Of a DNA stretch of 64,000 bases, positions 47,663-60,504 are shown one piece after another; the stretch's first letter is position 1; each line of letters opens with the position of its first letter. Source of the DNA: an uncultured Gemmatimonadales bacterium. GTDB taxonomy: Bacteria; Gemmatimonadota; Gemmatimonadetes; Gemmatimonadales; Gemmatimonadaceae. The stretch is from positions 640,001 through 704,000 of the forward strand of contig CAVPQB010000003.1 of the NCBI GenBank assembly GCA_963707505.1, written 5' to 3'. Both the position numbers and the translations under genes were made by a program. Under the pieces are notes generated by a model. That model ran no database searches. It had not been told where the DNA came from and saw only the letters and a list, made by a program, of their open reading frames with translations.

Positions 47663-48347
47663 CTAAGTCGTGACTGTAACGCGTGCAAATCCCTTCTCGG
47701 TATCGAATCGCTCGGACACGGTGCTGAAGTCCCGCACCCAGTGCTCCATTATCTCGACTTCCGCCGCACGGTTGGCGTCGTCCATGAGAATGGTGCATGT
47801 GGGTGCCATCCGGCTGCGCAACGTCGGCACCACGCCATGCCTCCCGCCCGCTGTGTCAGACGGCGGCCCATCGCAGATAATGAGCGATATGTTGGCCGGC
47901 AGAGAGTCTGGAATCGAGTACCAATCGAATTGGCCATAACTCTGCAGTGGAGCGCAATGCACCGTACTGTAAGCCGTCAGCCCGTGCGCTGCCAGCGCGT
48001 CGGTCACGCGCTTGCGCCATCCAGCGTTATGCTCGAGCGAATGGAAGGCCACCCCGGTCTGCCTCGCAATTCCCGCTATGAGTAGCGTCGAGAGGCCACT
48101 ACCGCATTCGACGATCGTGCCCTTTGCCGCGCGTCGCTTCGGACATGAGTCGCCGCAAGTAGTCCTCGTCTGCTGACCACCCTTCGTTTCCCCATCCATA
48201 AACGGCGTCTGTAAGCGCCAGATAAGGGGCTCCATTGCCGAGCCGAATGCGTCCGAGCCGCTTCAGCGCGCGGCCTAGCGTCCGCCCGCGATCTATCCTG
48301 AATCCGTTCAACTGACGCTTGCGCAACGACCGTAAAAATGCATCCAT
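47663..48347 (-). CDS. class I SAM-dependent methyltransferase, paralog 1 (frameshift near 48127)
   Basis: YGWGNEGWSADEDYL, then in the next frame IVECGSGLST, SLEH, CDGPP and MDDANR. Confidence 0.82.
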
Positions 48348-48632
48348 AAGCTTGAGATCCCCAGAAATTCGACGGCGCAGCTGAACGCCCTCATGTAAGG
48401 TTCGGCGCGATCCGGCATTTGACCAAGCAAAACTACCGCGGTGCCGAGCCTGCGGCATCGCGTAACGTTGCTGTTCCGCGCTCCTCACCCTCCCTCTTGC
48501 CTAAGGACACGCGCACAATGTAGCCTTGCTGTATCACACCGGCCCTCCCGCCCGAGCGCCATCTGCTCGGAAATGGCGTTTACGGGTCCGGCGATTGCGT
48601 TGACTCGCGACGCCGCCCCAAACACTGTCGAA

Positions 48633-49826
48633 ATGCTCCCTGCTCTGAAGCAATTTGCGCGCGATCGCCTTGATTATCTGAACCTGCCGCCTGCCGCCAA
48701 AGCCGAGCGTCGGCGTGACCAGGCTGGATTGCCTGCAACCGACCCCGGCATCGATGCCGTGGAGACAGCCGCCCTGGAGTGGCTCGGGCAGGCTCAGGAC
48801 ATGTCCGCGACCAATGATGGCGGCGCCGCGCGTGATTTCAGCCTGGTCCGAGGATGGGCGCCTTCCTACCCGGAAACATCTGGTTATATCGTCCCAACGC
48901 TGATCGATGCGGGGCTCCGGCGCAATGATGGCGCGATGCTGGACCGCGCGCGGCGCATGGTCGACTGGCTCGTCGGAATTCAGTTCCCCGAGGGCGGTTT
49001 CCAGGGTGGTACCGTTGACGCCGAGCCGGCGGTCCCGGTGACTTTCAACACCGGGCAGATCCTGTTGGGACTCGCCGCGGCGAGGCGACAGTTCGGCGGT
49101 GGGTACGATGACCCGATGCACCGCGCGGCCGGCTGGCTTGTCGATACGATGGACGCGGACGGTTGCTGGCGAAAATTCCCGACTCCGTTCGCGGCGCCAG
49201 GCGACAAGGCCTACGAGACTCACGTTGCCTGGGGGCTCATCGAGGCGGCGCGAGCGAGCGAGGACCCCGAATTGGCGAGCCGATATGCGGAGGCGGCTCT
49301 TCGGAACGCCCGTTGGGCGATCACAAAACAGCTCTCGAATGGATGGTTTGAAAGTTGCTGTCTGTCCAATCCCGATGCCCCACTCACGCACACGATCGGC
49401 TACGTCTTGCGCGGCCTGACCGAAATTTTTCTGTACACCAGGGAGCAGGACGTTCTCGCTGCGTCGCTACTTACGGCGGATGCACTCAGTGCTCGCGTGA
49501 AGGGCGATGGTTTTCTCGCCGGCCGGCTCGACAGGGCGTGGAATGGTGCTGTGGATTGGGTCTGCGTCACCGGTAGTGCGCAGATTGCCCATTCCCTGTT
49601 GCTTCTTTTCAACGAGACCGGAAAAGCTGGTTACCGCGATGCGGCCTTTGCGTTGCTGGGATACGCGCGCCGCACGGTTCACCTCGACGGTCCGGCTGGC
49701 GTAAGGGGCGGCGTCAAGGGATCCTTCCCGGTGGATGGCGGATACGGGACGTACGAGTTCCTGAACTGGGCAGCGAAGTTCCTGATCGATGCGGGGCACG
49801 TCGAGCGACTCGTTCGGAGCGCATGA
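48633..49826 (+). CDS. alpha/alpha-toroid protein with prenyltransferase/QW-like repeats, function unknown
   Basis: SYPETSGY, WLVGIQFPEGGF, FNTGQI, WLVDTMDADGCW, KQLSNGWF, THTIGY, CVTGSAQ and NWAAKF. Confidence 0.75.
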   Translation: MLPALKQFARDRLDYLNLPPAAKAERRRDQAGLPATDPGIDAVETAALEWLGQAQDMSATNDGGAARDFSLVRGWAPSYPETSGYIVPTLIDAGLRRNDGAMLDRARRMVDWLVGIQFPEGGFQGGTVDAEPAVPVTFNTGQILLGLAAARRQFGGGYDDPMHRAAGWLVDTMDADGCWRKFPTPFAAPGDKAYETHVAWGLIEAARASEDPELASRYAEAALRNARWAITKQLSNGWFESCCLSNPDAPLTHTIGYVLRGLTEIFLYTREQDVLAASLLTADALSARVKGDGFLAGRLDRAWNGAVDWVCVTGSAQIAHSLLLLFNETGKAGYRDAAFALLGYARRTVHLDGPAGVRGGVKGSFPVDGGYGTYEFLNWAAKFLIDAGHVERLVRSA

Positions 49827-50851
49827 GCTTCAGCGTCATTGTAGACCCGTCAGACAGGGAGCTTGCGGGCGTTGAGGTCAGCGCCCCAACGAATCCGTTC
49901 TGCTGCACGCGCTTCGTTGCCGCGAGGCGTGCCCGCGGCGCAGCTGTCGTGCTGTTCTCCACATCGGATTCAGGGACGAAACCCGCCGCTGCAATCGGAT
50001 ACATGCGTGGACACGCGATCAGCCGCACTCTGGAGATAACCTCCGCGCCGGAAGTGGCCCCGGATTGCAGCTTCTGGGAAGGAGTTCTGGATTTCTCTCG
50101 TCGACATCACGTCGCGGAAATCGAGATCGACAGTTACGGATCCGCTCGGGTCGGGCTGCCGGTATGGAGTACACCGTCGACGCTCCGCGATCGTACCGAA
50201 TGGCTGGTGCAGCTCGCGGATGCCGGAGAGCTCAATCTGGCTTCGAACCACAGGCGCAACATCAACAAGGCACGAAAGCTCGGCGTCACTGCAACACATA
50301 CAACGGATCAATCTGCAACTGATGCGCACGTCAGTCTGATGAACGCATCGATGCAGCGACGGTCGCTTCGCGGTGAATCGGTTCCTGCGTTGGCCGCGCA
50401 CGATACGAGCGACGATCGTGCGCTCCTGGCTGCTGGAGCGGCGCGACTCTACCAGGCGTCGTATGGCGGCAAGGTGGTGTCATCGCTCATGGTGCTGGTG
50501 TGCGCGGGTGGCGGGTACTACCAATCGGCGGGTACGTCACCCGAAGGAATGGAAATCGGCGCGTCCACATTCCTCGTATCCGAGGCCATCCGCGATCTGG
50601 CACACGAGGGAAAGACGGTTTTCAATCTTGGCGGCGCCGGCCCGGAGAGCGAAGGGCTCAGGCGATTCAAGGCAGGATTCGGAGCTGAGCCCGTGGCGCT
50701 TGCGGCGGGAGTGTATCAGGTCGCGTCGCCGATGCACGAAAGGCTGAGGACCGCCATCAGACTGATACGCCAACCCAACAGCCTCCGAACATCCATCGCG
50801 CGACGGATGGCGGCGATGTTCATGGCCATTACGGCTGGGAATCTTTCCTGA
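49823..50851 (+). CDS. GNAT/FemAB-like acyltransferase
   Basis: RRNINKARKLGV, YYQSAGT, FNLGGA and GLRRFKAGFG; ATGA-coupled to the upstream gene. Confidence 0.82.
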   Translation: MSFSVIVDPSDRELAGVEVSAPTNPFCCTRFVAARRARGAAVVLFSTSDSGTKPAAAIGYMRGHAISRTLEITSAPEVAPDCSFWEGVLDFSRRHHVAEIEIDSYGSARVGLPVWSTPSTLRDRTEWLVQLADAGELNLASNHRRNINKARKLGVTATHTTDQSATDAHVSLMNASMQRRSLRGESVPALAAHDTSDDRALLAAGAARLYQASYGGKVVSSLMVLVCAGGGYYQSAGTSPEGMEIGASTFLVSEAIRDLAHEGKTVFNLGGAGPESEGLRRFKAGFGAEPVALAAGVYQVASPMHERLRTAIRLIRQPNSLRTSIARRMAAMFMAITAGNLS

Positions 50852-52709
50852 CTGACTCAGCGCGACGCTCGACAAGAGCGAGAGCAAGCGCAGAGACGTA
50901 GCGCCTCACGACTCCGATAGTCGACGACACCGCCGCCTGACCCGTCATGTACGGATCAGCGATCTCATGCGGCCGATATACACCAGATGGCGTCATTCCA
51001 CCGAACAACATCAGCTTCCCTCGTGCCTCGGGGAAGGTCGCAAGAATGTTCGCGAAGTTGAACTCGTCCATTGCAAATATCACATCGTTGGCCGCGACGA
51101 GCTGCGCCGTGAGCAGAGTGGCGCGATGCTCGTCGAGATCCACGCCCATCTCGCGGGCCGCATGCCTCACACGTGGATCGGCCGCCTTGCCGTTGTGTGC
51201 ATGCGTGCCGGCGGAGGACACGAGAATGTCGGTTATTCCAGCGGCGACCAGATCGTCGCGCAGGAACTGCGCTGCCGACGCACTCCGCATGATGTTGCCG
51301 TGGCAGACGAACATCACCGAATTGATTACGGGCGGAAGTGAAACCTCGCGCTCGATACCCGTGAGACGTGCCAGACGTCGACGCACATAAACGCCACGCC
51401 TGTTTCCCGGAAGTGTGCGCGCCGACTTTGCGATGGAAAGCGCCTGCACTGGTACAACTGCACGTATGATTCCCTTGATGATCTCCCGAGTCCATCCGGA
51501 TATGACACGTGTGTATTCCTGGATTGCCGGCACCGGATCGCTCCAGGACCACATCGCCGATCGCGTACCCAACCGAAAATCGGCGAACAGCTGTCGCGTG
51601 GCAGACGACATCGGGATGCGCTCGGCGTCGTCCGCAAATGCATGGGCAAATCGCTTGAGCGAGCCCGCGGTCCAGCGAACACGCAGACCGGAGCGGTACG
51701 ACGATGGAACGGCGGGCGCGATGCCCTGGGACAGCTGCCACGCATATAACGGGAAATCCATACCAGCCGCGACGGCGAGCGGGAGCGATCCCCAGAAACG
51801 GCCATTCACTTCCATCAACGCCGTTTCGCCCGTCGCACGATCGTGCCGGTACTCGACCATCGCTACTCCATCCCACTCCAGCGCCTTGAGAAGCCGAACT
51901 GAATAGTCGAGCAGCAATGGATCGACCAGCTCCGCCTCCGCGACAACCGCGACACCGCCAGATGGCGGATTTTCGGACAGCCGCCGGTGCTGGAACGACG
52001 CAATGGCGTCACCGTCGGACATGAGAAGCTCGATGCCGACTCCCTGCCCTCCGTGGTAGCTCTGGAAAACGAGTCCTTCGCCGAACCGCGGCTGATCAGC
52101 AAACGCTGCGCGCAGCTCCGGCGCGCTGGTGAACGTGCGCGTCTTGAAGTTGTGGACCGTCGTCCGACTCTTGTCGCCGGGCTTCGCGATGATGGGAAAG
52201 CGCATCTGCGGAAGCGCCGCCTCCAACTCGCCTGCGCCGTCGATGCTGATCGAAATCGGGACTGGCACGCCGCACTGTGCCGCGATAGCCAGTGTCGCAG
52301 CTTTGTCAAGCACACGTTGGACGACGTGAGGCGGCGGGCAGCCGACCGCACACAACCGGGACAGAGAATCGTACGCAGCACAAACGATGCACAAGGATGA
52401 ATCGCTGGTCGGCACGACCCACACTGCGTTCTCCGCCTCGACCAGCATGCGTAAGAGCTGCGCGGAATCGTCGATGCTTCCTCCCAGTTGCACGACACCC
52501 GCGATGGCCCGGGACGTAACGTGGAGACGCTGCCCAGCCTGGACGGCGACGATCGATCGTACACCCTGGCGGTGGAGCGACCGCGCGATGGTGACAACCT
52601 TGCGCGGCTCCTCGCCGACGATGACAGCCGTCGGTGTATGCGTCTCGGTGGCGACACGGGTGTCGTGCGGCAGCGTGGCCTGACGAGCGCGGTGACTACT
52701 CACAATCAT
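50829..52709 (-). CDS. ATP-grasp ligase fused to a low-molecular-weight phosphatase domain
   Basis: IARSL, DK, FPIIAKP, HRRLSENPPSGG and MEVNGRFWGSL, then MFVCHGNIMRS, SAGT, DVIFAMD and IADPY; start uncertain. Confidence 0.85.
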   Translation of the reverse strand: MIVSSHRARQATLPHDTRVATETHTPTAVIVGEEPRKVVTIARSLHRQGVRSIVAVQAGQRLHVTSRAIAGVVQLGGSIDDSAQLLRMLVEAENAVWVVPTSDSSLCIVCAAYDSLSRLCAVGCPPPHVVQRVLDKAATLAIAAQCGVPVPISISIDGAGELEAALPQMRFPIIAKPGDKSRTTVHNFKTRTFTSAPELRAAFADQPRFGEGLVFQSYHGGQGVGIELLMSDGDAIASFQHRRLSENPPSGGVAVVAEAELVDPLLLDYSVRLLKALEWDGVAMVEYRHDRATGETALMEVNGRFWGSLPLAVAAGMDFPLYAWQLSQGIAPAVPSSYRSGLRVRWTAGSLKRFAHAFADDAERIPMSSATRQLFADFRLGTRSAMWSWSDPVPAIQEYTRVISGWTREIIKGIIRAVVPVQALSIAKSARTLPGNRRGVYVRRRLARLTGIEREVSLPPVINSVMFVCHGNIMRSASAAQFLRDDLVAAGITDILVSSAGTHAHNGKAADPRVRHAAREMGVDLDEHRATLLTAQLVAANDVIFAMDEFNFANILATFPEARGKLMLFGGMTPSGVYRPHEIADPYMTGQAAVSSTIGVVRRYVSALALALVERRAESVRKDSQP

Positions 52710-52811
52710 CAAGTGACGCAAGCGACACGTGAGGCGTCAGAATGGTGTGCCGAAAAAGGAAGCGTACATAGGGTCGAAATGTATCGTGGGAGCTCAGACG
52801 GCGCTCCCAGA

Positions 52812-53777
52812 ATGACGCGCCCGATCCTTCGCTGGCCATTGAGCCCGCGGATGCTGCTTGCTCTGCTACCCGAATCACAGCAACAGGTCATCAAGGCGCG
52901 TGCGCGCAGGTTGCGGTCGCAACTGTTCCACCGCGTATACGCCTACGACGCGACGCAACTGACGGCAAAGTTGCGACGTCTGGGGATTGGCGAGGGCGAC
53001 GCAATCATGATGCAGTCATCATTCGATAATCTCAACGGCTTTGCCGGAGACGCGGCCGACGTTGTCGACTGCGTGCTCGATGTCATCGGTCCGACTGGGC
53101 ATCTCTTCATGGTGTCGATGCCCTATGGCGGTGCCGCGCGGGACTACCTCCGAGATGCCAAACCGTTCGATGTACGGCGAACGCCGTCGCACATGGGATT
53201 TCTCTCGGAGCTGTTTCGGCGCCGGAAAGGAGTTCTGCGCAGCGCCAATCCGATGCACCCGGTCCTGGCATGGGGGCCGCGCGCCGAATGGATCGTCGAA
53301 GGTCATGAAGACCTGACGTATTCCTGCGGCGAGAATTCGCCATTCGAGAAGATGCTCGAGCTCGACACCACGGCGCTCCTGTTCGACGTCGATCTGGACG
53401 TACTGACGTTCGCGCATTATCTGGAGCATGTTTTCAGAGACACGGCTCCGGCTCAAGTGTACTCCGACGAGCCGATCGAAGCGGAGATAGTCGACCGAAG
53501 TGGGACGCGCCGCCGGGTCGCTGTGTATCCCTTCGCGCCGGAAGCAATGAAGTTGCGGAATTTCGGTGTGTTGTACGATGAGCTATTGGCCCAGAACCGC
53601 GTGCACGAAGCGCGAATCGGCAATACCGACTTGCGGCTGGTGAAACTCCGCGACGTACTGGCGTGTTGCGCCGAGCTTGTGGAGCACGGCCGCCACATCT
53701 TCGCGCAGCCCGGTGAAGCGACGCACATCAAGCCGCGGCGTGCCGGTCGCATCCGACGTCTCTTTCGGAGACGCTGA
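52812..53777 (+). CDS. AAC(3)/YokD family N-acetyltransferase
   Basis: LGIGEGD..MMQSS, GPTG, FDVRRTPSHMG.LSELFR, RSANP, SPF and TFAHYLE. Confidence 0.85.
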   Translation: MTRPILRWPLSPRMLLALLPESQQQVIKARARRLRSQLFHRVYAYDATQLTAKLRRLGIGEGDAIMMQSSFDNLNGFAGDAADVVDCVLDVIGPTGHLFMVSMPYGGAARDYLRDAKPFDVRRTPSHMGFLSELFRRRKGVLRSANPMHPVLAWGPRAEWIVEGHEDLTYSCGENSPFEKMLELDTTALLFDVDLDVLTFAHYLEHVFRDTAPAQVYSDEPIEAEIVDRSGTRRRVAVYPFAPEAMKLRNFGVLYDELLAQNRVHEARIGNTDLRLVKLRDVLACCAELVEHGRHIFAQPGEATHIKPRRAGRIRRLFRRR

Positions 53778-53833
53778 CAACAGGTTCACAGTCGTCGCTC
53801 ACGCGTCGATTCATACGGTTCACACAGAGCGGG

Positions 53834-54541
53834 TCAGCTCGCAGCGGGTCGGCTCGTAGCGGGGGAGCCAACGACAACGCGTGCGAACCCTCTCGCCGTA
53901 TCGCGGCGCTCCCACGTGGTGTTGAACTCCGTCTCCCAGCGCGAGAGTATCGCCTGTTCCGGCGGCCGATTCGCGTCATCCAGCAGGACCTTGCATTCAG
54001 ATGTGAGCTTGCCCGCGAGGAGCGGCAATACCCCGTAGCGTCCGCCTCGGGTATCGGATGGCGGACCGTCACACACCACCAGCGAAATGTCAGCCGGTAG
54101 TGAATCGGGCACGGTGTACCAATCGAACTCGCCGTAGTTCTGTAGCGGCGCGTAGTGAACCGTATTGTTCGCGAGGCCAAACGCTGCGCATGTCGCGGAC
54201 ACACGTTGCTGCCACTCGGCGTTGTGCTCCAGGGAATGCAGCTGTGCACCGGTTTGCCGAACGATGGCAGCGAGCAGGATCGTGGACAGGCCGCTGCCGC
54301 ATTCGACTATCGTGCCCCGCGCCACCTCGGCTTCTGATATCAGGCGCGCCAGATAGTCCTCGTCGGCAGCCCACGTTTCGTTGCCCCAGCCGTACTCGGC
54401 GTCGGTAAGCGCGAACATTGGCAAGCGCGCACCCACACGCCGATCGATGAACCGCCGAATCGCGTTGCCGAAGATTCGCTCGCGGTTGGGTTGCCAGCGG
54501 TTGAGCTGGCGCCTGCGGAGTTTGGTCAGAACTGAATCCAT
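53834..54541 (-). CDS. class I SAM-dependent methyltransferase, paralog 2
   Basis: YGWGNETWAADEDYL, IVECGSGLST, SLEH, CDGPP and LDDANR. Confidence 0.85.
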   Translation of the reverse strand: MDSVLTKLRRRQLNRWQPNRERIFGNAIRRFIDRRVGARLPMFALTDAEYGWGNETWAADEDYLARLISEAEVARGTIVECGSGLSTILLAAIVRQTGAQLHSLEHNAEWQQRVSATCAAFGLANNTVHYAPLQNYGEFDWYTVPDSLPADISLVVCDGPPSDTRGGRYGVLPLLAGKLTSECKVLLDDANRPPEQAILSRWETEFNTTWERRDTARGFARVVVGSPATSRPAAS

Positions 54542-54799
54542 CGCGCGCATCCGAAGATTGAAGTAACCGTCGGCCGTGTTGCCCGGCGTCCCGGTTCGTT
54601 GCAAAAGCGGGGCTACGATGGCAGCGATGGATGAGTCGTTACGTCCGGTTACTTCTCAACTTCGGGCAATCGTGGCATATCGAACGATCGTTCGATTCCG
54701 ATTGAACCGGGAAACGGGTGTAGTGGCCCCGCTAATGCACTTCCAGGTCCCGAAGGACGCGGCATTCCGCCGCTCGACATTCTTATGGGGGAAGGCACG

Positions 54800-55414
54800 A
54801 TGATCGTTATCAGAAAGTTTGCCGCGGCTGGAATTATCGCCGCGAGCGTTGGAGTCGTTCCTGGGATCGTTCTGGCACAGGGGACCGTGGTTCGGCGCGA
54901 TACGGTGGTCACGGTTCACCAGGACACGGTTGTTCACACCAAGCAGGACACGTCGGTCGTGACGACGACCGTGAGCTCCAGCACCACCAACACCGCTGGT
55001 GATGCATCGGTAGGTGTCACGCTGTCCCGCATGCCCAATTACAAGATCATGACCGAGCTGCTCACCGAGGCTCATCTCATGCCGTCGCTACGCGGCGCGG
55101 CGCCGATGACGCTCTTCGCACCGACTGATGATGCATGGGCAAAGTTGTCGCCCAGCGACATGGCGGCGCTCAGAGCGGATACCACGCGGCTCCGGAATCT
55201 GCTGCTCAACATGATGGTGAGCGGCAAGATCGATACTCGTGAGATTCTGAAGCTCAAGACCGCAACCAACATGCATGGCTCACGCATTCGCTTCACGTAC
55301 TCGAATGGGATGCCCAAGGTCAACGATCAGCCCATCGTGCAGCCCGGTGTCATGGCGTCCAACGGATTCATTTACGGAATCTCCGGCGTCATTGGAATGA
55401 GCGGAGAAGAGTAA
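54800..55414 (+). CDS. secreted fasciclin (FAS1) domain protein
   Basis: Signal peptide; TLFAPTDDAW (H1) and ASNGFIYGISGVI (H2). Confidence 0.88.
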   Translation: MIVIRKFAAAGIIAASVGVVPGIVLAQGTVVRRDTVVTVHQDTVVHTKQDTSVVTTTVSSSTTNTAGDASVGVTLSRMPNYKIMTELLTEAHLMPSLRGAAPMTLFAPTDDAWAKLSPSDMAALRADTTRLRNLLLNMMVSGKIDTREILKLKTATNMHGSRIRFTYSNGMPKVNDQPIVQPGVMASNGFIYGISGVIGMSGEE

Positions 55415-55448
55415 GCGAAAGCGCAGCAACCTGAGATCACGACGAAAC

Positions 55449-55487
55449 AAAGCGACCGTGAATGCATCGCGCATTCACGGTCGCTTT
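55449..55487. terminator. bidirectional terminator between convergent fasciclin and icd
   Basis: AAAGCGACCGTGAATGC-ATCGC-GCATTCACGGTCGCTTT. Confidence 0.85.
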
Positions 55488-55510
55488 ATTGTCGCAATCC
55501 CGTGTACCCT

Positions 55511-56962
55511 CTACGATTCTCCCTGGGCCTTGCTGAATCCGTCCTTCCCATCGAAGCGCTGCAACTTCTCCAGATGTACCCAGCGGTACGTCGACGAGAT
55601 GCGCTGAAGAAGATCGAATATCTGAGCGTCGGTCGCATCCGTCTCTACCGGGCCGGACGCTACGAAGCGGCACTGGAACGCATCGACGAGCGATGTGCCG
55701 TGGCCGGTATCGGGCCACACGGCGGTGCCGCGATTCGAGATCACCTTGAGGGCGAGGCCAGTGGACTCGGCGAGACGCGTCAGCGCATCGCCGATCTGCT
55801 TCGGATGCTCGAGTGATTCGATGAACACGTCGACGCCAACGACGCTGCGCGTCCGGACGTTCACGTGACCCACTTCGTTGCTGGCCCGCGGAACGTTGAT
55901 GCGCTTGAACTCGCGCGGCTTGGCGAGCTTCGAGGTCTTGCCGATGTTGCCGATAATGGCGTCGGTGAATTCCGTTGTCGACGACGCGGCGCGCGCACTT
56001 TCCATGTCTCCCGTGCGCACCCCGTCTTCAAGCGTGACGAGTACGGCATGCTCGATCTCGCTGGCGGCCTTGCCCTCTCCAACGTGACGGAGCAACATCA
56101 GCGCGCTCAGAATCAACGCGGTGGGATTCGCGAGGTTCTTGCCGGCGATATCGGGCGCAGATCCGTGCACTGCCTCGAACATCGCGACGTCGCTGCCGAT
56201 GTTCGCAGACGGGGCGAAGCCGAGTCCGCCCGTGAGGCCCGAGGTGAGATCGCTCAGGATGTCGCCGTTCATGTTCGTCGTCAGAATGATGTCGAACTGC
56301 TCGGGATGCATCGCGAGTTGATGGGCGCAGTTGTCAACGAGAATGTGACGCGCTTCGATGGAGGGATATTCCTTCGATATGTCTTCGAAGGTGTGCTGCA
56401 CGAGTCCTTCGGTGAACTTCATGATGTTCGCCTTGGTGGCGCAGTGGATCTTGTGGCGCCCCTCGGCGACAGCGTACTCGAAGGCAAATCGGGTGATCTT
56501 CTCGCAGCCCGGCCTGCTGATGACCTTGAGGCACTGTGCGACGGCCGGTGTCTCCATGTGCTCGATGCCAGCGTAGAGATCCTCGACGTTCTCGCGAACG
56601 ACGACGATGTCGATGTTCCTGCCGGCATAGGGGGTCTTCACCCCTGGCAGCTCACGGACCGGACGAACGTTCGCAAAGGTCTCGAAGAGCTTTCGGAGGG
56701 TGACGTTCGCGCTCTTGTTGCCGTAGCCGATTGGCGTCTCGAGCGGCCCTTTGAGGACGAGCCGGGTTCTTTCGATGGACTCGATGGTCTCGGCGGGGAC
56801 GCCGGACTCGACGCCGCGCTTGAAAGCTTCGGCACCCGCAACCTGGAAGTCCGCATCCAGCGTGACACCGGCGGCGGCGATGATTTTGAGGGCGGAGGCG
56901 ACGACTTCCGGACCGATTCCGTCGCCAGGAAGGACTGTGAGCTTGATAGCAGATGAAGACAT
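55511..56962 (-). CDS. icd: isocitrate dehydrogenase (type with a C-terminal extension)
   Basis: PGDGIGPEV, KGPLETPIG, SANVTLRK, RENVEDLY, KANIMK, NMNGDILSD and FEAVHGSAPDIAG. Confidence 0.93.
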   Translation of the reverse strand: MSSSAIKLTVLPGDGIGPEVVASALKIIAAAGVTLDADFQVAGAEAFKRGVESGVPAETIESIERTRLVLKGPLETPIGYGNKSANVTLRKLFETFANVRPVRELPGVKTPYAGRNIDIVVVRENVEDLYAGIEHMETPAVAQCLKVISRPGCEKITRFAFEYAVAEGRHKIHCATKANIMKFTEGLVQHTFEDISKEYPSIEARHILVDNCAHQLAMHPEQFDIILTTNMNGDILSDLTSGLTGGLGFAPSANIGSDVAMFEAVHGSAPDIAGKNLANPTALILSALMLLRHVGEGKAASEIEHAVLVTLEDGVRTGDMESARAASSTTEFTDAIIGNIGKTSKLAKPREFKRINVPRASNEVGHVNVRTRSVVGVDVFIESLEHPKQIGDALTRLAESTGLALKVISNRGTAVWPDTGHGTSLVDAFQCRFVASGPVETDATDAQIFDLLQRISSTYRWVHLEKLQRFDGKDGFSKAQGES

Positions 56963-57101
56963 GGGGACAAATCTATCGGCGCATACCCCGTTCTTCACAA
57001 CATCTGATTGATGCGTGACGTACCCGAAACGGATAGGTTTGGCGCGCGGCCGGCTGCGAAATGCATCCGCGCCCTGGGAAGGCCAGCCCGTCAGTGCCGC
57101 G

Positions 57102-57126
57102 GTGGGGCGCGGACATATCCGCGCCT
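57102..57126 (+). repeat. GTGG-headed REP-like palindrome, copy 2
   Basis: GTGG-GGCGCGGAC-AT-ATCCGCGCC-T, 22/25 identical to 3558-3582. Confidence 0.6.
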
Positions 57127-57165
57127 GAAGAATCCATGTTGTTCCTATTAATGCGGGGGTCGTAC

Positions 57166-60500
<3,335 letters not shown>

Positions 60501-60504
<4 letters not shown>

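Noticed and set aside
48633..49826. Squalene-hopene cyclase or terpene cluster
   Set aside because: Only about 400 aa, no DXDD catalytic motif seen, and no isoprenoid genes nearby.
52812..53777. Aminoglycoside resistance gene
   Set aside because: Family-level similarity only; the polysaccharide-cluster context with no mobile element favours a tailoring role.
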